A stretch of 64,000 nt of DNA, from positions 310,001 to 374,000 of the forward strand of contig JAAOMT010000441.1 in NCBI GenBank assembly GCA_016748015.1, read 5' to 3'. The position numbers and the translations under genes were made by a program. This document shows positions 1-12,554 of the stretch, piece by piece (position 1 is the first letter of the stretch; each line of letters starts with the position of its first letter). The notes under the pieces are model-generated. The model saw nothing but the letters and a program-made list of their open reading frames with translations, had not been told where the DNA came from and made no database searches. Source of the DNA: Geosiphon pyriformis uo1 (Eukaryota; Fungi; Glomeromycota).

Positions 1-685
1 GTTTTGTCAATTTCTTTCTCAGCTTGATGGCTGGTATTCCTCCTGGTAAGCTATCCTTAATCGAGTGTTCTACACTTATTTCTGGGTCTTTTACCAGTCA
101 CATTTATCCCTGACATTAGTGCCCACACGTTAATCCTCAATAGAGTTAGTAAACAACAATAAAATCAAAGCAAAAAAATAAAGAAAATAAAATAAAATAA
201 AGAAAGAAAAGAAATAAGCCAAGGTGATTTACAAGTTAGTATTCTGTCAATAGCCATGATCAAGAGCTATTGTTCCAGTGTGGTTAAGTATCAATTACTA
301 TCAACATGAAGTGTTGATAGTGGAAATGGATTTGAGATAATAAATAGTTATTTATTAGATGCTTGTAGTTTGGAGAGTTGCTTCGATTAAATCTAAACTA
401 AGAGGTCTGTCTTTTCAGTTTCTAATCCTGCTGCTATATATACATAATTAAGATTCCTCAATTCCTCAATTTTTCACAACAGAAATCCTGGAATTCCTGG
501 AATCCTGTAATTTTTTTGAGAGGAATTCTAGAATTCTGGAATCCTGCGATTCCTTGTCAGGAAATCCTAAAATTCCTTGAATTCTGCAATTCCTGAGAAG
601 AATCCTGGAATTCCATATTTATTACGCTTACTTCTGATTGGCTAATAATCATGCTAATATATTTTCTATATTTCTATGAGTAACA
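1..685 (-). mobile_element. LTR, partial at window edge; same family as the solo LTR at 45853-46732
   Basis: Reverse-complement similarity to 45853-46555 (e.g. 214-308 vs ~46261-46360; 601-685 vs 45853-45940). Ends GAGTAACA at 685 (TGTTAC on minus). TATA-like tatatata at ~435 and GGAATTCCT/GGAATCCT repeats at 480-612. Confidence 0.8.
480..614. repeat. Degenerate short tandem repeats (GGAAT(T)CCT) in LTR U3
   Basis: Repeated ggaattcct/ggaatcctg/gaattctg units; a matching eroded array lies at ~45925-46075. Confidence 0.7.
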
Positions 686-1547
686 TTGAGTAGAAAAACC
701 AATCCAAAGTTATAAAAAAACGTGACCAAAATGTGACATAACACAGAATAGCATGCAATAATATTAGATAATGTGTTATAATATAAGATAACATATTATA
801 ATGCAGGATAACACAGAATAATATGTAATAATATCAGATAATGTATTATAACATAGGATAATGTAGAAAAATGAAGCAATAACAGAAATAACAAAGCAAT
901 AGCTAGTGATAGTGAAACAATTAAAAGCAATCTTGTAAAACCAAAAGAATATATAAAAGCAAGTAGTTGTAAAAGTTAGAAAAAAAGACAGATAAATACA
1001 AACCTCTAAACAAGAATCAAATATCCATACCCCTTCATCATTTATTATCTTCCCTATTTCATCTTCTGAAATAAACCAATTATTAAAAAAATCAAAATCA
1101 CAAATTCATGTTCTCAAACTTCATGAAATTTACATAAATTAACTCTTGTCTTGTACCTTCGTTCTAGGACAGATGCTCTTAGCATAACTGTCTCGAATAA
1201 TTAATGATTTGAATCAATTGCTTTTGATCATGGCAATTGATGATACTAATTTATCTTTCCTTTTTTTTCTTTTCTTTTCTTTTCTTTTTCTTTTCTTTTT
1301 CTTTCTTATTTTTTTGTGGAATGGCAACATAATAAAATTAACTGTCTGGAAATAGACTTCATAATAGCTTGGTAAAAGAGGGAAGCTCCCCCTAAGTTTT
1401 GGATATTAATATTATCTTGTTAGCTTATTAAAAGGGCAAAAAGACAACACCAGACCTTAATGACTGCACTTGTTAGCTCAGAGAAGAAAGCTCACATCTA
1501 TGGAAAACATTGCAATCGATGGAAGACAAACTCTGTGCCTTATAACA
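686..1547 (+). mobile_element. Probable LTR (3' part), interrupted by the LTR at 1-685 and inserted into the ORF1-only element E1
   Basis: U3-like repeats (ataacacagaata...gataatg, 738-865), TATATAAAAG at ~949, and an ATAACA end at 1547, where E1 homology resumes. Confidence 0.55.
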
Positions 1548-3345
1548 AAAAAACTCAATGGGTAAATTCACATCTAGGAATAGACTTTTAGAGACTGATA
1601 ACCAAGACTAAGCCAACAAAATTACGTGAAAGATGCATCTCCAATAATTGAGAGCACCAAACATTACCAGTTCCATTACCTACCAAGTTTACCCATAACA
1701 CCACCAAAGAAGAAAACTCAGAAAGAATAGAAGGAGTAGATGTCTTTATATAAGACAAAAAACTGACAAAATGTGATTTAAACATCTTGAGAGTTTTAGA
1801 AAGAGAAAGTAGAGCAACTTTGTAGTTTACAGCCAAGTGGCTTGTCTCTTAACACTGAAAACAATACCAGCAACCAGGAGTTTTCCACCAAATATAGCAT
1901 TTTTTTAGTGTATCAGTCTTTAATACTACAGCATTCAAATCAATCTAAGAACCAAATATAATCAGAACAAACTGAAAATAATGACCAGACTTAGAAGAAT
2001 GAGAAATAAAACATGTCTGACCACTAACTTAAGAAATCATATTACTAATTTCAAAGCTGTGCAGCCAGAGGAAAGATTGACCAATTTGGTCTTAAACTTA
2101 TTACAAAACAGAATAGTTTCATTTTAATTCATCAAAAAAAGGATTCTAATACTATTTTTGTCCACCAAAACTGATTAATAATTCAAAGCAGACACAATAG
2201 AGTCCAACTTTTCAAAATAAACAATTACATACTGCCAAATGCCAACAAGTTTTAGCACAATATAAGCAATACCATCAAACACACTAAGAGCTATTTTAAT
2301 ATTAGCAGCAAACACACCTAAAGACATATCACATAATGTAACAGTAGTAAAAAGAGAACCAAACTCAGAAATCACCAAAAACTTGGCAATTTTGAAGGTG
2401 GTTAAACAAACAAAGCTCATAAGTTCAACCAAGAACACAGCTTTCAAAGACACTTGAGAAGCAAATTTCATACAGAAAAGCTTTATATTGTCTTTTAACA
2501 CTAATTTTGCATTCAGAAAACCATGTACAGACTGAAAAACAGTCTTAATATGAGCCAATTTGATCTTAAAAGTAGCACCAGGTACTAGAATAGAGACCAC
2601 TCATCCAACAAATCTTTAACAACTAATAATAGTTTTCCAAGCACTATTAGCAGCAGCACCAGAAACCAGAGAAGAAGATAAATCAGTTTCCATCTGATCA
2701 GCCCAGTTCTTAAGAACAGATGACCCAACAGAAAATGGTTGTTTTGCTTCTAAAACCAGCAATAATCTGTCAGAAGACACCATATTTGACAACACAGCCA
2801 GTAGTTGATCTTGGCTCATTTTAGATGATATGTTAGATAATACAACAGAGATTTTATCAGAAATTTCATTTGGAACCACAAAGGGATTCGGTGTAACAAT
2901 AGCAGAGACAAGTGACTGTTTCTATTTTTCTGAACTTTTGGTTTTTTTGACCATTTTTTTTGAAGAAGAAGTGCTAATAGCACCAAATGTTAAAGCTATG
3001 AAGAAGAATACCAGCTTGTTAACTAGTTTATTATTAAACACTTTTAGGCTTTTAGTAAGAGTGGAGACAATACTAAAACTAATTCAAGTGTATTTCTTTG
3101 AGAAAACTTTAACTGATAAAAAACCAGCCAAAGATAAGGAAGTTGCTTCAGTAGCTACTAAAAACAGCTTTTTACGATTATCAGATAAAGGAAAGACTTT
3201 TAAAACATTCTGTCTAGTTGTTTCTACAACAGAGAAAGTTCTTCTGATTAAAATTTTATTAAATATCTTAGGAAAAATATTAGGTGCAGTTTTTTTACTC
3301 TTTGCTTTAGTCATGGCATAAAATTAAGAAGACAAAAAGTTTTTT
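1548..3345 (-). mobile_element. ORF1-only retroelement copy E1 (3' part displaced by LTR insertions)
   Basis: Collinear fragments 3084-3314, 2616-2879, 2175-2600 and 1588-1836 (MTKAKSKK...GIWQYVIVYFEKLD...CFQC*ETSHLAVNY) match E2 and E3. Shared 5' leader tttgtcttcttaattttatg. Confidence 0.85.
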
Positions 3346-3351
3346 TTTTTA

Positions 3352-4004
3352 TTAATAATTATAATAAAAAAAATAAAAAAAAATAAAAAAAATGTAAAAA
3401 AAATAGAGTTTTATTAAAGAAATTATTTTTTGATTTAGCCTGAAGTTACTAACAAATTACTGAAATTAGTAACTAATCAATTTAAAAAACATTAATAAAG
3501 TTTTGGAAAATTTTAAGTATAAATAGTTATGAAATTTTAATTTTTAAGTATTTGGTATTTTTATTACTTTGTGGAAAGCTAATTAATATAAATTAAGATA
3601 ATTCTAAGTAAAATAAGATATGATATTTTTTCAAAAAGAGAAGCTCTTCTTTTATACAACATGTTGTAGTATTAATTTATAAACTTAAACTTTTTTTTTG
3701 TTATAATTTTGATAAACTAAAGATATATTTTGATAAACTATAAGTTATTTTAATAAATTATTAACTATTTTAGTAAATTTCTACAAATATTAGTGAATTT
3801 TTAAATGTTACATAGTTTAAAGTATTGTATAATTTGATTATTTTAATTTCTATTATATAAATTGAGTTATTAATTAAATAATAATATTTAATAATTTGAT
3901 TAAATAATAAATAATAATATAAAATAATATTAATATAGCTAATTAATAATAAAAATTATTAAAGTAATTTATATTAGTTAATAACTAAAATTCTATTGGT
4001 AATA
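3352..4004 (-). mobile_element. Eroded LTR, same family as 51776-52755, truncated at the 5' end of E1
   Basis: Reverse complement aligns to 51776-52450 (gcctgaagttactaacaaattactgaaatt vs ggcctggagtcactaacagtttactgaaatt). Terminus ttctattggtaata is a decayed ttctactggtaaca. Confidence 0.75.
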
Positions 4005-4684
4005 TCATCTTTACTTGAGTTTTTTTTATCTTAGATCTATTTATTTTTGTTTAAAAAAATATTAAGAAGAAAAAAAAAGAGTTTTATATTTTTATTTATG
4101 CTATAGTTAATTGTTTTAATAAAAAAATTATATTTTAAATTAGTATTTATTCTCTTAACTTTAGGGATTATTGCTGTTAAGCCAAAAAAAATTTGTTATT
4201 AACACTTTTATTATTACTAGATTTACTATCTATATTTGAATATATATTATTTTTAAAATCAGATTTAACCAAAAAAATATCTTTTTTATTATCAAAATGC
4301 TTAATATTGTTTACAGAAATTTTTTTTTTTAAGAAAAAAAACTTTTAACAAATCTATAGAAAACTTTCTTAAAAACTTTTTTCTTGGATATTTATTACTA
4401 AAAGCAGTTATTAAGTCTATTATAAAAAAATTATTTGCTTAAAAAATATTAAAAGTAAATTTACAATAAAAAATAAAAATAAATTTTTTTTTTCAAAAAC
4501 TGCTTTTTAAAAAATTTTGAACATAAGAAAAAAAAAGTTTTTTAAAAGTTTTTATAAAATTTAAAATTTTTATTAATTTATTTTCTATATTTTATTTATA
4601 AAATTTTTTTTATTATAAGCAAAAATATTAAACTTTTATTATAATTATTGTTGTTTAGTTAAGTAATAATGATAAAACAAAATT

Positions 4685-6520
4685 TTTTTTCTTTTCTAAT
4701 TTTATGATTATAATTAAAGCAAAAAATAAATAGTTTTAAATATTATTTTTTTTATAATAATTAATAAAGTTTTAATAAAAAAAAATTTTTGTTATTAAAA
4801 CAATTAAACAAAAAATCTTAATAATGTTTTTCTTAAATATTAATAATAAAAAGCTGTTTTTAGTTTTTAAAGCATTTTTTTTATTTTTGACTAATATTTT
4901 TTTTTTAGTTAAAATATTTTTAAAAAAACACTTAAATTAATTTTAATATTGTTTTTACTTTTTTTAAAAGTTCTAAAGTTTTTAATAACAAAAGTTAATA
5001 AACTAGTTTTTTTTGCTCTTATTACTATTATTATTACTATTTTGCAAATAAGCAAAAAGACCAAAAACTCAAAAAAACAGTAGTAGTTGTTTGCTATTAT
5101 TATATCAAATTCTTTGTAATTTCAAATAAGATTTTGAAAAAAATTTTCTTTATAGTAACTAGTTTTTTTAATATAAACAATAATAATAATAATATGTTTT
5201 TTAAGATAAACCAAGATCAATTATTGGCTGTATTACCAAATATAATATCTTTTAACAAATTATTATTAATTTTAGAAATAAAACAACCTATTAAGTTATT
5301 TAATTTTAACAATTGAACCAATTAAATAAAAATTAAAATAATTTTTTTTGTTTTTTAATATTGTTTTTAATAATACTTAAAAAACAATTTTCAGTTATTA
5401 AAGATTTTTTGGATAAATAACTTTTATTTTAATGTTTGATTTTATTTTTAAGATAAAATTGACATTTATTAAATCTTTGTTTTATTTATTATTTAATTTT
5501 ATTAGACTTAAGTTAGTTTTAAAAAAATATATTAAATTGTTTTGTGTAAATTTTGTCTTTGAGATTTCTTTAGTTACAGTTATTAAAATTTTTATTGGTG
5601 ATTTTTTTTTAATTATATTTAAAATAGCAAAATTTTCTATAATAATTTTTAATTCTTTTTTTTATCTTTGTTGTAATATCTTTTTTAACATATTTTTTAA
5701 TAACATTAAAAATACTTTTGGTGTTTTTAGTATTGTTATTTCAGTAAAATTAAAGTTTGTTAATTTGTAATAATATGTATTGTTAATTTTAAGAACTTAT
5801 TTTTTGTTATTATTATTCTTAATAATTAATCTGTATTAGTTAAAAAAGATAGTATTTAGATATTTTTTTTAATCAAAAAAAGATTATTATTTCTTGTAAT
5901 ATTTTTAAGGCTTAATTGATTGATTTTTTTGATTATACTGTTTTTAAAATTAATAATATGATTTTTTAAGTTGGTAATTATACTTATATTATTTTTTATT
6001 TTTTTTATTTTTATTGTTATTAGTACTTTATTGTTATAATATTTAATTCTTAAAAATTTTTGGATCTTTTTATAACAAAAATTAATATTTTATACAAGTA
6101 TTATATTTGGTAGAAAATTTTTAAATGCTATTATTATTATAGATATTAAAGTTTAAACTATTTATTAATTATAAAGTGTTTTTATTTCTTTTTCTTAAGT
6201 TGTTTTTTAAATTTATTGTTAACTTTAGGTCTTTTGTATTATTTTAATTTTGTTATTAAGTTTATATTAAACTTTTTGAATTCTTAGATTTGAATTTGGC
6301 TGTTTTAATTAGGTTTGTTATAAAGCTTATTAGTTTTTTAATCACTTTTGTTATTATTTTTTTGGATAAAAATACATATAAAAAGCTTTAAATAAAAAAA
6401 AATTTTCTTTTTATAATAAGTACTATTAATAACTTTACTAATTTTTTGATTAATATTTCTAAAAACTTTGCAAATTTTAAGTTTAAAATAGAATTTGGCC
6501 ATATAAATTATAATAGAATA
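4685..6520 (+). pseudogene. Highly AT-eroded ORF1-only element copy E2; 3' boundary uncertain
   Basis: Residual translations NQDQLLAVLPNIISFNKLLLILEIKQP (5134-5316) and FKIKLTFIK...KLFCVNF...FKIAKF (5432-5770) match E1/E3. 5' leader cttttctaattttatg at ~4691. Confidence 0.75.
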
Positions 6521-9215
6521 CTTGCTATTAAAGTTTTTATTTTAAGTAAAAACATTATTAATTATATAATAATATTATGACAAATATTAAATTTTAATAT
6601 TAAAAATAATATTATTTTTTTATTATTATTATGTTTAATGAGTGAAATCCAAACACGACCTAGCACTATATATCAATCAAATGATCTAAACTAGGAGTGA
6701 ATCATGCATTTTTCACACATAACCAGCCATTCAAGCCAACCAGAACAACACTAAGCACCTATATAAATGGAGACTATGTCACAAATATCTGAAAAAAACA
6801 AACAAGGTTTGTGAAACCCAAAACCAATACTGATAGCATCAGCAATATCTAACAACCTAATCATGCCAGGAGAGAACACTATAGAAAAACTGGAGACTGG
6901 AACAGGAATAGAACCATCACATGAGATCAGCCCATTCTTTTCCATGAAAGCCTGGTGTTTAGCACAGACCAGTCAAATATCATCCCAAAAAAACACACAA
7001 AACCTGCATACAAAATCCACAATATTAGAAGCTGCAACCTTGGAATCCATAAAAACTGACAATGACTCCTGATACCAACCACCAAAAACAAAGCCCTTAC
7101 ACAGAGCTGTATTGACTGCAGCATCTGCAATACAAGTAGACAGCAACTGAAAGACACATGAAGAAGACTGAACCAAACCAGAATGAATCTCCCAAGCCAA
7201 CACATGAGCAACAAACAATTGAGCACAACCAGCAGCATTAAATGGACAAGAAAAAATATGGTCTGAGACCTCAATGTCACCACAGAACAAACACACCATA
7301 CTGGCATAACACTTATCATACAAACACTTCTGCACAGCAACAGAAAGCTAATGATAAAGAGCCTTTATAAAGTAAGTCCGTAAGCTAGCAGTACGTCTAT
7401 TAATAAAACCCAAAGCCAAATGAGAGTCCAGGTGCCACACCAAAGAGGACTGCAACCAATCAATATCAGCATGCAAACTGACTGGAACAACTCATGAACC
7501 AGAACCAATCTCCCAGCATGCACAATGGACTGACCGGAAAACATCACAAACAAAATGCCTAGAATTACCAGAAACTGTAGCACTACCAGTCTTCAGAAAC
7601 CTCTTATTGACCAAATGGGGTAGACACCAGGCAGAAAGGGTAGCATCTTTAGCAAGCACATTAGCACACTCGTTGTTCAGAATGCCCAAATGACTTTTAA
7701 CCTTAATCCAATTCACATCTAAATTTTTCCGATGAATGACATTGGTGATGTGGTGATGCTTAATTCAGCAATGATTTCTAAAGTCTGGACCAACCAACAA
7801 AGACTCTGACCTATACGCATTCAAAGCTGCCTAGCTGTCTGAAAACAGATCAACCAAGTGAAAAGGAGGAATACACTCCAGAGCCAGAGCAATAGCCTGC
7901 AATTCCGTTAAAGTAAAAGAGACCAAACCAGACACACTCACACCCAAACCTGAATTAATGTCCTCAAAAAAAACAGCAGCACCAGCCTTCATGTCAACAG
8001 TACTCAAATTACACAGAGACCTATCCATATACACAGAAAGATGGTCAGCACCAACATTTGACAGATCATTACAAATGACACCAAAACCAAAAGATTGACG
8101 AACATCAGAAGGGTCAAGAAATTTCACATGCAAAGAGCAATTGGAAGAGGAAGTAATGTCATCAAGAAAACAAACAGATAGATCAAACCAGAAGGAAACT
8201 GGGCCACGGGGGTTCAGTTTCTTCCAATGCTTGAAAGTCTTCCAGACAAAAACAACACCATTTCAGTCACAGAGCTGTTCCATGAAGGTGATACCATAAT
8301 GCTTGAGAGAAAACACACATTTAAAAAAACCTTTTCACCAAGAACATGAGACATTGGGGTACCACCTTAAAGATGAAAAACATCAGCCAGAGAGCCATCC
8401 AAAGATAAATCACACCTAGAAAAAATACAAACTGCACTGCCAAAAAGTTATTTGAAGGGCTAATACTAACATGAGCTGGAAACAACAAAGGGTGATAAGG
8501 ACACCAGCTAAAAACCTGGAAGTCATGAGATCTATAAAAAAACAGACGGCCCAAAACACCAGCAGAATTTGCAAAAGCAACAACAGATGCCAGTTTGCTT
8601 TCAGCCTGAACCTGTTTAAAAGTTTTTAAATTGTACAGAGAAGGATGATAAAGTGCATTATTGGGAAAGTCAAGCAGAAGCCCAGATTTAAATTTCAAAC
8701 TCTTGTGAATTAGAGCATCCTATTTATTACACACACTGACTGAAACAAAACTGAATTGAGTCCTGTAGCCAATGATAGGAAAGAGAACTGAAGACACCAA
8801 ATAAACAAACTACATATCCGAAATTGCCTTTTTCAAAACAAGATTGACAAAAAACCAAATGTCTGCATGAGCCTTAGCCAAGCTGGGCCTCGAAAGACCT
8901 TCAGAAGACAAAAATATGCCCAGATAACGATGAAGTTTCCCCTTCTTGACAATAGAGATAGGCAAACCACTGACAGTCAAAACCAGATCAACAACATGAC
9001 AGTTGATGAGAATGGTCACAGTTTTGTCATTGTTAATTGAAATGTTATTAAACCTAAAAAATTCACTAGTAATGTCAAGAATATATTGAGTAGCAGCCTG
9101 GCTGCTACCAACCCAAATCATATCATCAACAAAAGCACTAGCAGCCAAAAATGAAGTTAGCCCATTCTGAGATTCCACACAGCCAGTTTTGAAGACAAAA
9201 TGAGAAATCAAACAG

Positions 9216-10332
9216 TGTTACAGGATGGTTTTCTTGTTATATTTAATTGCTGATATCCCGTTTTAATTACAATCAGTCTTTCATGAGTTCCTTAATTCTA
9301 TTTGTGTGATAATGTTACTGTTATATTGAAGGCTTTCTTTTTAATGTTGCAATGTAAGTTATTCTTTAATTCCTAATTGTTGTGTGTGTTTATGTACTTC
9401 TTCTCAAAGGCTGAACTGAAATCTACCCACTGTTTGGGGTCTTCTCTGAGGCTATCCTTACAATTGCCTGATGTGTTTCTCTAATCTAGAAACACAGAAT
9501 GTTAATGGTCTTTAGCGCTTTTTCTAATTCTTACAATAAAGCTTTTATCAATTAGTAACAATGTGAATAATCTTGATCAAGGATTATTCTTTCAAGAGAT
9601 TCAGTTGATGAATGATAGTTTCATTCAATAAATAATACAAGTAAGTTTCTTAATACTTTGGGTTGTGATAATTCAGTTTTAAATATTCNNNNNNNNNNNN
9701 NNNNNNNNGCCTGATGTGTTTCTCTAATCTAGAAACACAGAATGTTAATGGTCTTTAGCGCTTTTTCTAATTCTTACAATAAAGCTTTTATCAATTAGTA
9801 ACAATGTGAATAATCTTGATCAAGGATTATTCTTTCAAGAGATTCAGTTGATGAATGATAGTTTCATTCAATAAATAATACAAGTAAGTTTCTTAATACT
9901 TTGGGTTGTGATAATTCAGTTTTAAATATTCTTTTTTATTTCTTTTTGATTTAAAGGTTTCTTGAGATATTTAATTTGAAAGTATGATTTAAAGTGGAGT
10001 TTGTTGGATAAAATTGGATCTATTGCTTAATAAGTTATGATTTTTATTACTTGATTTTTTTTCCTAATATTAAAACTACTGTATATATACATGTTTGTAG
10101 TTCTACAAGAAAACACATTGTAATACTTTCTTTTTAATATTTCAACCTGGTGTTTGCTGCTATCACCAGTTGGTATTGGCTGCTATTGTAAACTGGTGCT
10201 TGCCACTATCGCGAGATGATGTTTGCTATTATATTAATCATTACCTTTCTAAGATTATTACTGCACTATATTATGATTGAATAGTTTGTATTATTTTTAT
10301 GATTCTTTTTGCTAAATTCTTAAACCGTAACA
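9216..10332 (-). mobile_element. LTR insertion (solo LTR of ~874 bp after removing the gap duplication, or a collapsed full element) in LINE A RT
   Basis: TGTTAC...GTAACA termini. Flanks ACAG (9212-9215) and ATGG (10333-10336) reconstruct one ACGG that restores CGYRLISHF. Orientation inferred from the TATA/repeats near the right end. Confidence 0.85.
9466..9931. other. Assembly gap (20 N, 9689-9708) flanked by an identical 223-bp duplication
   Basis: 9466-9688 appears identical to 9709-9931 on either side of the N run. Confidence 0.9.
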
Positions 10333-12554
10333 ATGGTAACCACACACATTTTCCTGCCTTCTGACCTCACACAGGAGTGAATCATAAAATATGCGCCAAA
10401 AAAGTGGCAAAAAAACCTTCCACTGATCCAAACTATTGTGAACACAATAATTGTTAGTCAACCCAAAATCTGTTATCACTCTGTTAACACGACTATTATA
10501 GATAGAACCAAAAAACCTAATGAATCTATCACACATTTTAATCCTGACCAGGCTCCTCCTAAGATGCTCCCAACCAACAGAGTCATAAGCTTTCTGCATG
10601 TCCTGCAACACCAGCCACAGCTCTTGGTTTTTCTCCAGGGCATCCTCGACCACAGAACTGATGGCAAAAATAGGCAACTGAATAGTTGTCTCCTTCAAGA
10701 CAGAGAAATTGTCCTCACAAAGTACATCAAAAGAGCTATAAGCCAAAGAGATCTGGTCTGAAAAAATCTTAGAAAGAATTTTACAAGCAGTTTCAATTAA
10801 AGCAATAGATTAGGTATTTGTAAAAATGCCCTCCCACTTATAGGATTTTGGAATCATTGAAACCCAAGCTTCCCTTTAAGGTCCAGGTACTAACTCACAA
10901 ATCAAGCAAAAATTCAAGAGCTCTAAAAGTATATGCAAAACTGACTTGTTACAATGCTTCCAAAGTTCATTAGTGATACTAGAAAAACCAGTCACTTTCC
11001 CATCAGACAAATTTGAAACAACACTAAACATTTCCTCAAAACTGATTGAACACATCACATTGGAGAAGGCACCATTGAAAACGTACTCCAAAGACTGAAA
11101 TTGGTGCATCCAAACATCAGAAATATCAGAAACAACCACATGCTTCCAAGTCCAAACTTCCATAATCACATCCACCTTAGACTTAATCAACCCAGGCTCC
11201 AAGACCAGCTCCTCTTCCACAACCAGATGATCCAACACCACCTTGCAAAAAGGACACTCCAAAACGCTCCTAATGGTATAACCCTTGTCCACCTCAAAAC
11301 TCTCCATCCTTCTCTTGACAGCTTGCCTTATACGAAATTCTTCAGCACGCTTAGATTCTATCAACTTAGAAGAGCAGTAAGACTTTCTTGCCTTGGACAG
11401 CTTAGAATGAATTGCATTAAAACCAGAGCCAGAAAGAAAAAGAGACTTTATTGATGAAGCACCCACTGAATCAAGCTTGTTCCAAGTATCCAACAATAAA
11501 GCAAAATTCTTATTAGAAACCAAATGAAAAGATCTCACCAGCTTAGACATGAGTAGCTCAAGTTTATGAAACCTAGAGGACACCTTATTAAAAACACTAT
11601 TAAAACCTTTAAACCACTTCTTTCTGAATGTTCCTTCTGCTGAGAGAATAATAGTCTTGCGAACAGCATCCCATATTACATCCAAGTCCGAAAACCATTT
11701 AGTTGTAACAAACTCATCCAAGAACATAGAAGCATTGTTGGCCGTAGTGACCCTAAAATTGGACCACTTAATCTCATCAGTACTTTTGACATCATACTTC
11801 CAACAATTCTTATTTGCCTGCCTGTATAATAAATTCAACTGGACATTAAGGAGACCACCCAAGCCCACAAAAACAGAAACGGCCTTGTGATTAGTGTCAA
11901 AAAATTCCTCAACACCAACCACACCACAATTCACCAAAGCACCAACCAAATTAGAAGAGACGAAAACATAATCAATTGTTTTAGCGACACCACAAGAGTT
12001 GTACCAAGTTGGTGTTTTCACAAAAGAGCTTCTATTCAGAGAGTTAACCAAACCCAAATCAAAACATCTTTTGAAGCTAGCATACTTATGAGAGCCATTC
12101 TCATTGAAATTGCCACTAAAAATGACAAAAGAAGATTCATTCACAGTTATTGCAATCAAGGAATTGATCTCACCAGCTTGAGAGAACCAAGTGGTCGAGG
12201 AGACACCAGTGTAAAGCCCCAGGACAAAAACCAAAAGTTTGTTTTTAAAGAGTAATCTAATGCAAAGAAGGTGACCCAGAACCTCAAAAACCTTATTAAT
12301 ATGCTTAGCTAAAGAATTGTTCATAACGACTACAACACTAGCACCAACATAGCCAGAGTTCAATCCAGAAGAGAAAACATGAACACCATCAAATTTGCTA
12401 GCCAGCCAAGGGCAGATTTTATCCTTTAACTTTGTTTTTGTGAGAATGGAGATCAAATTGCCAGAATTCTTGTGCCAATATATAATGTCTTTCTGTTTCA
12501 CCAAATTGTTTATACCCTTCACATTACATGTGGCAATCCTCCAAACTAAACTGG

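Noticed and set aside
9466-9931. 223-bp perfect tandem duplication as a biological repeat
   Set aside because: It flanks a 20-N gap exactly and is identical in a region where all other repeats are mutated; most likely a scaffolding overlap.
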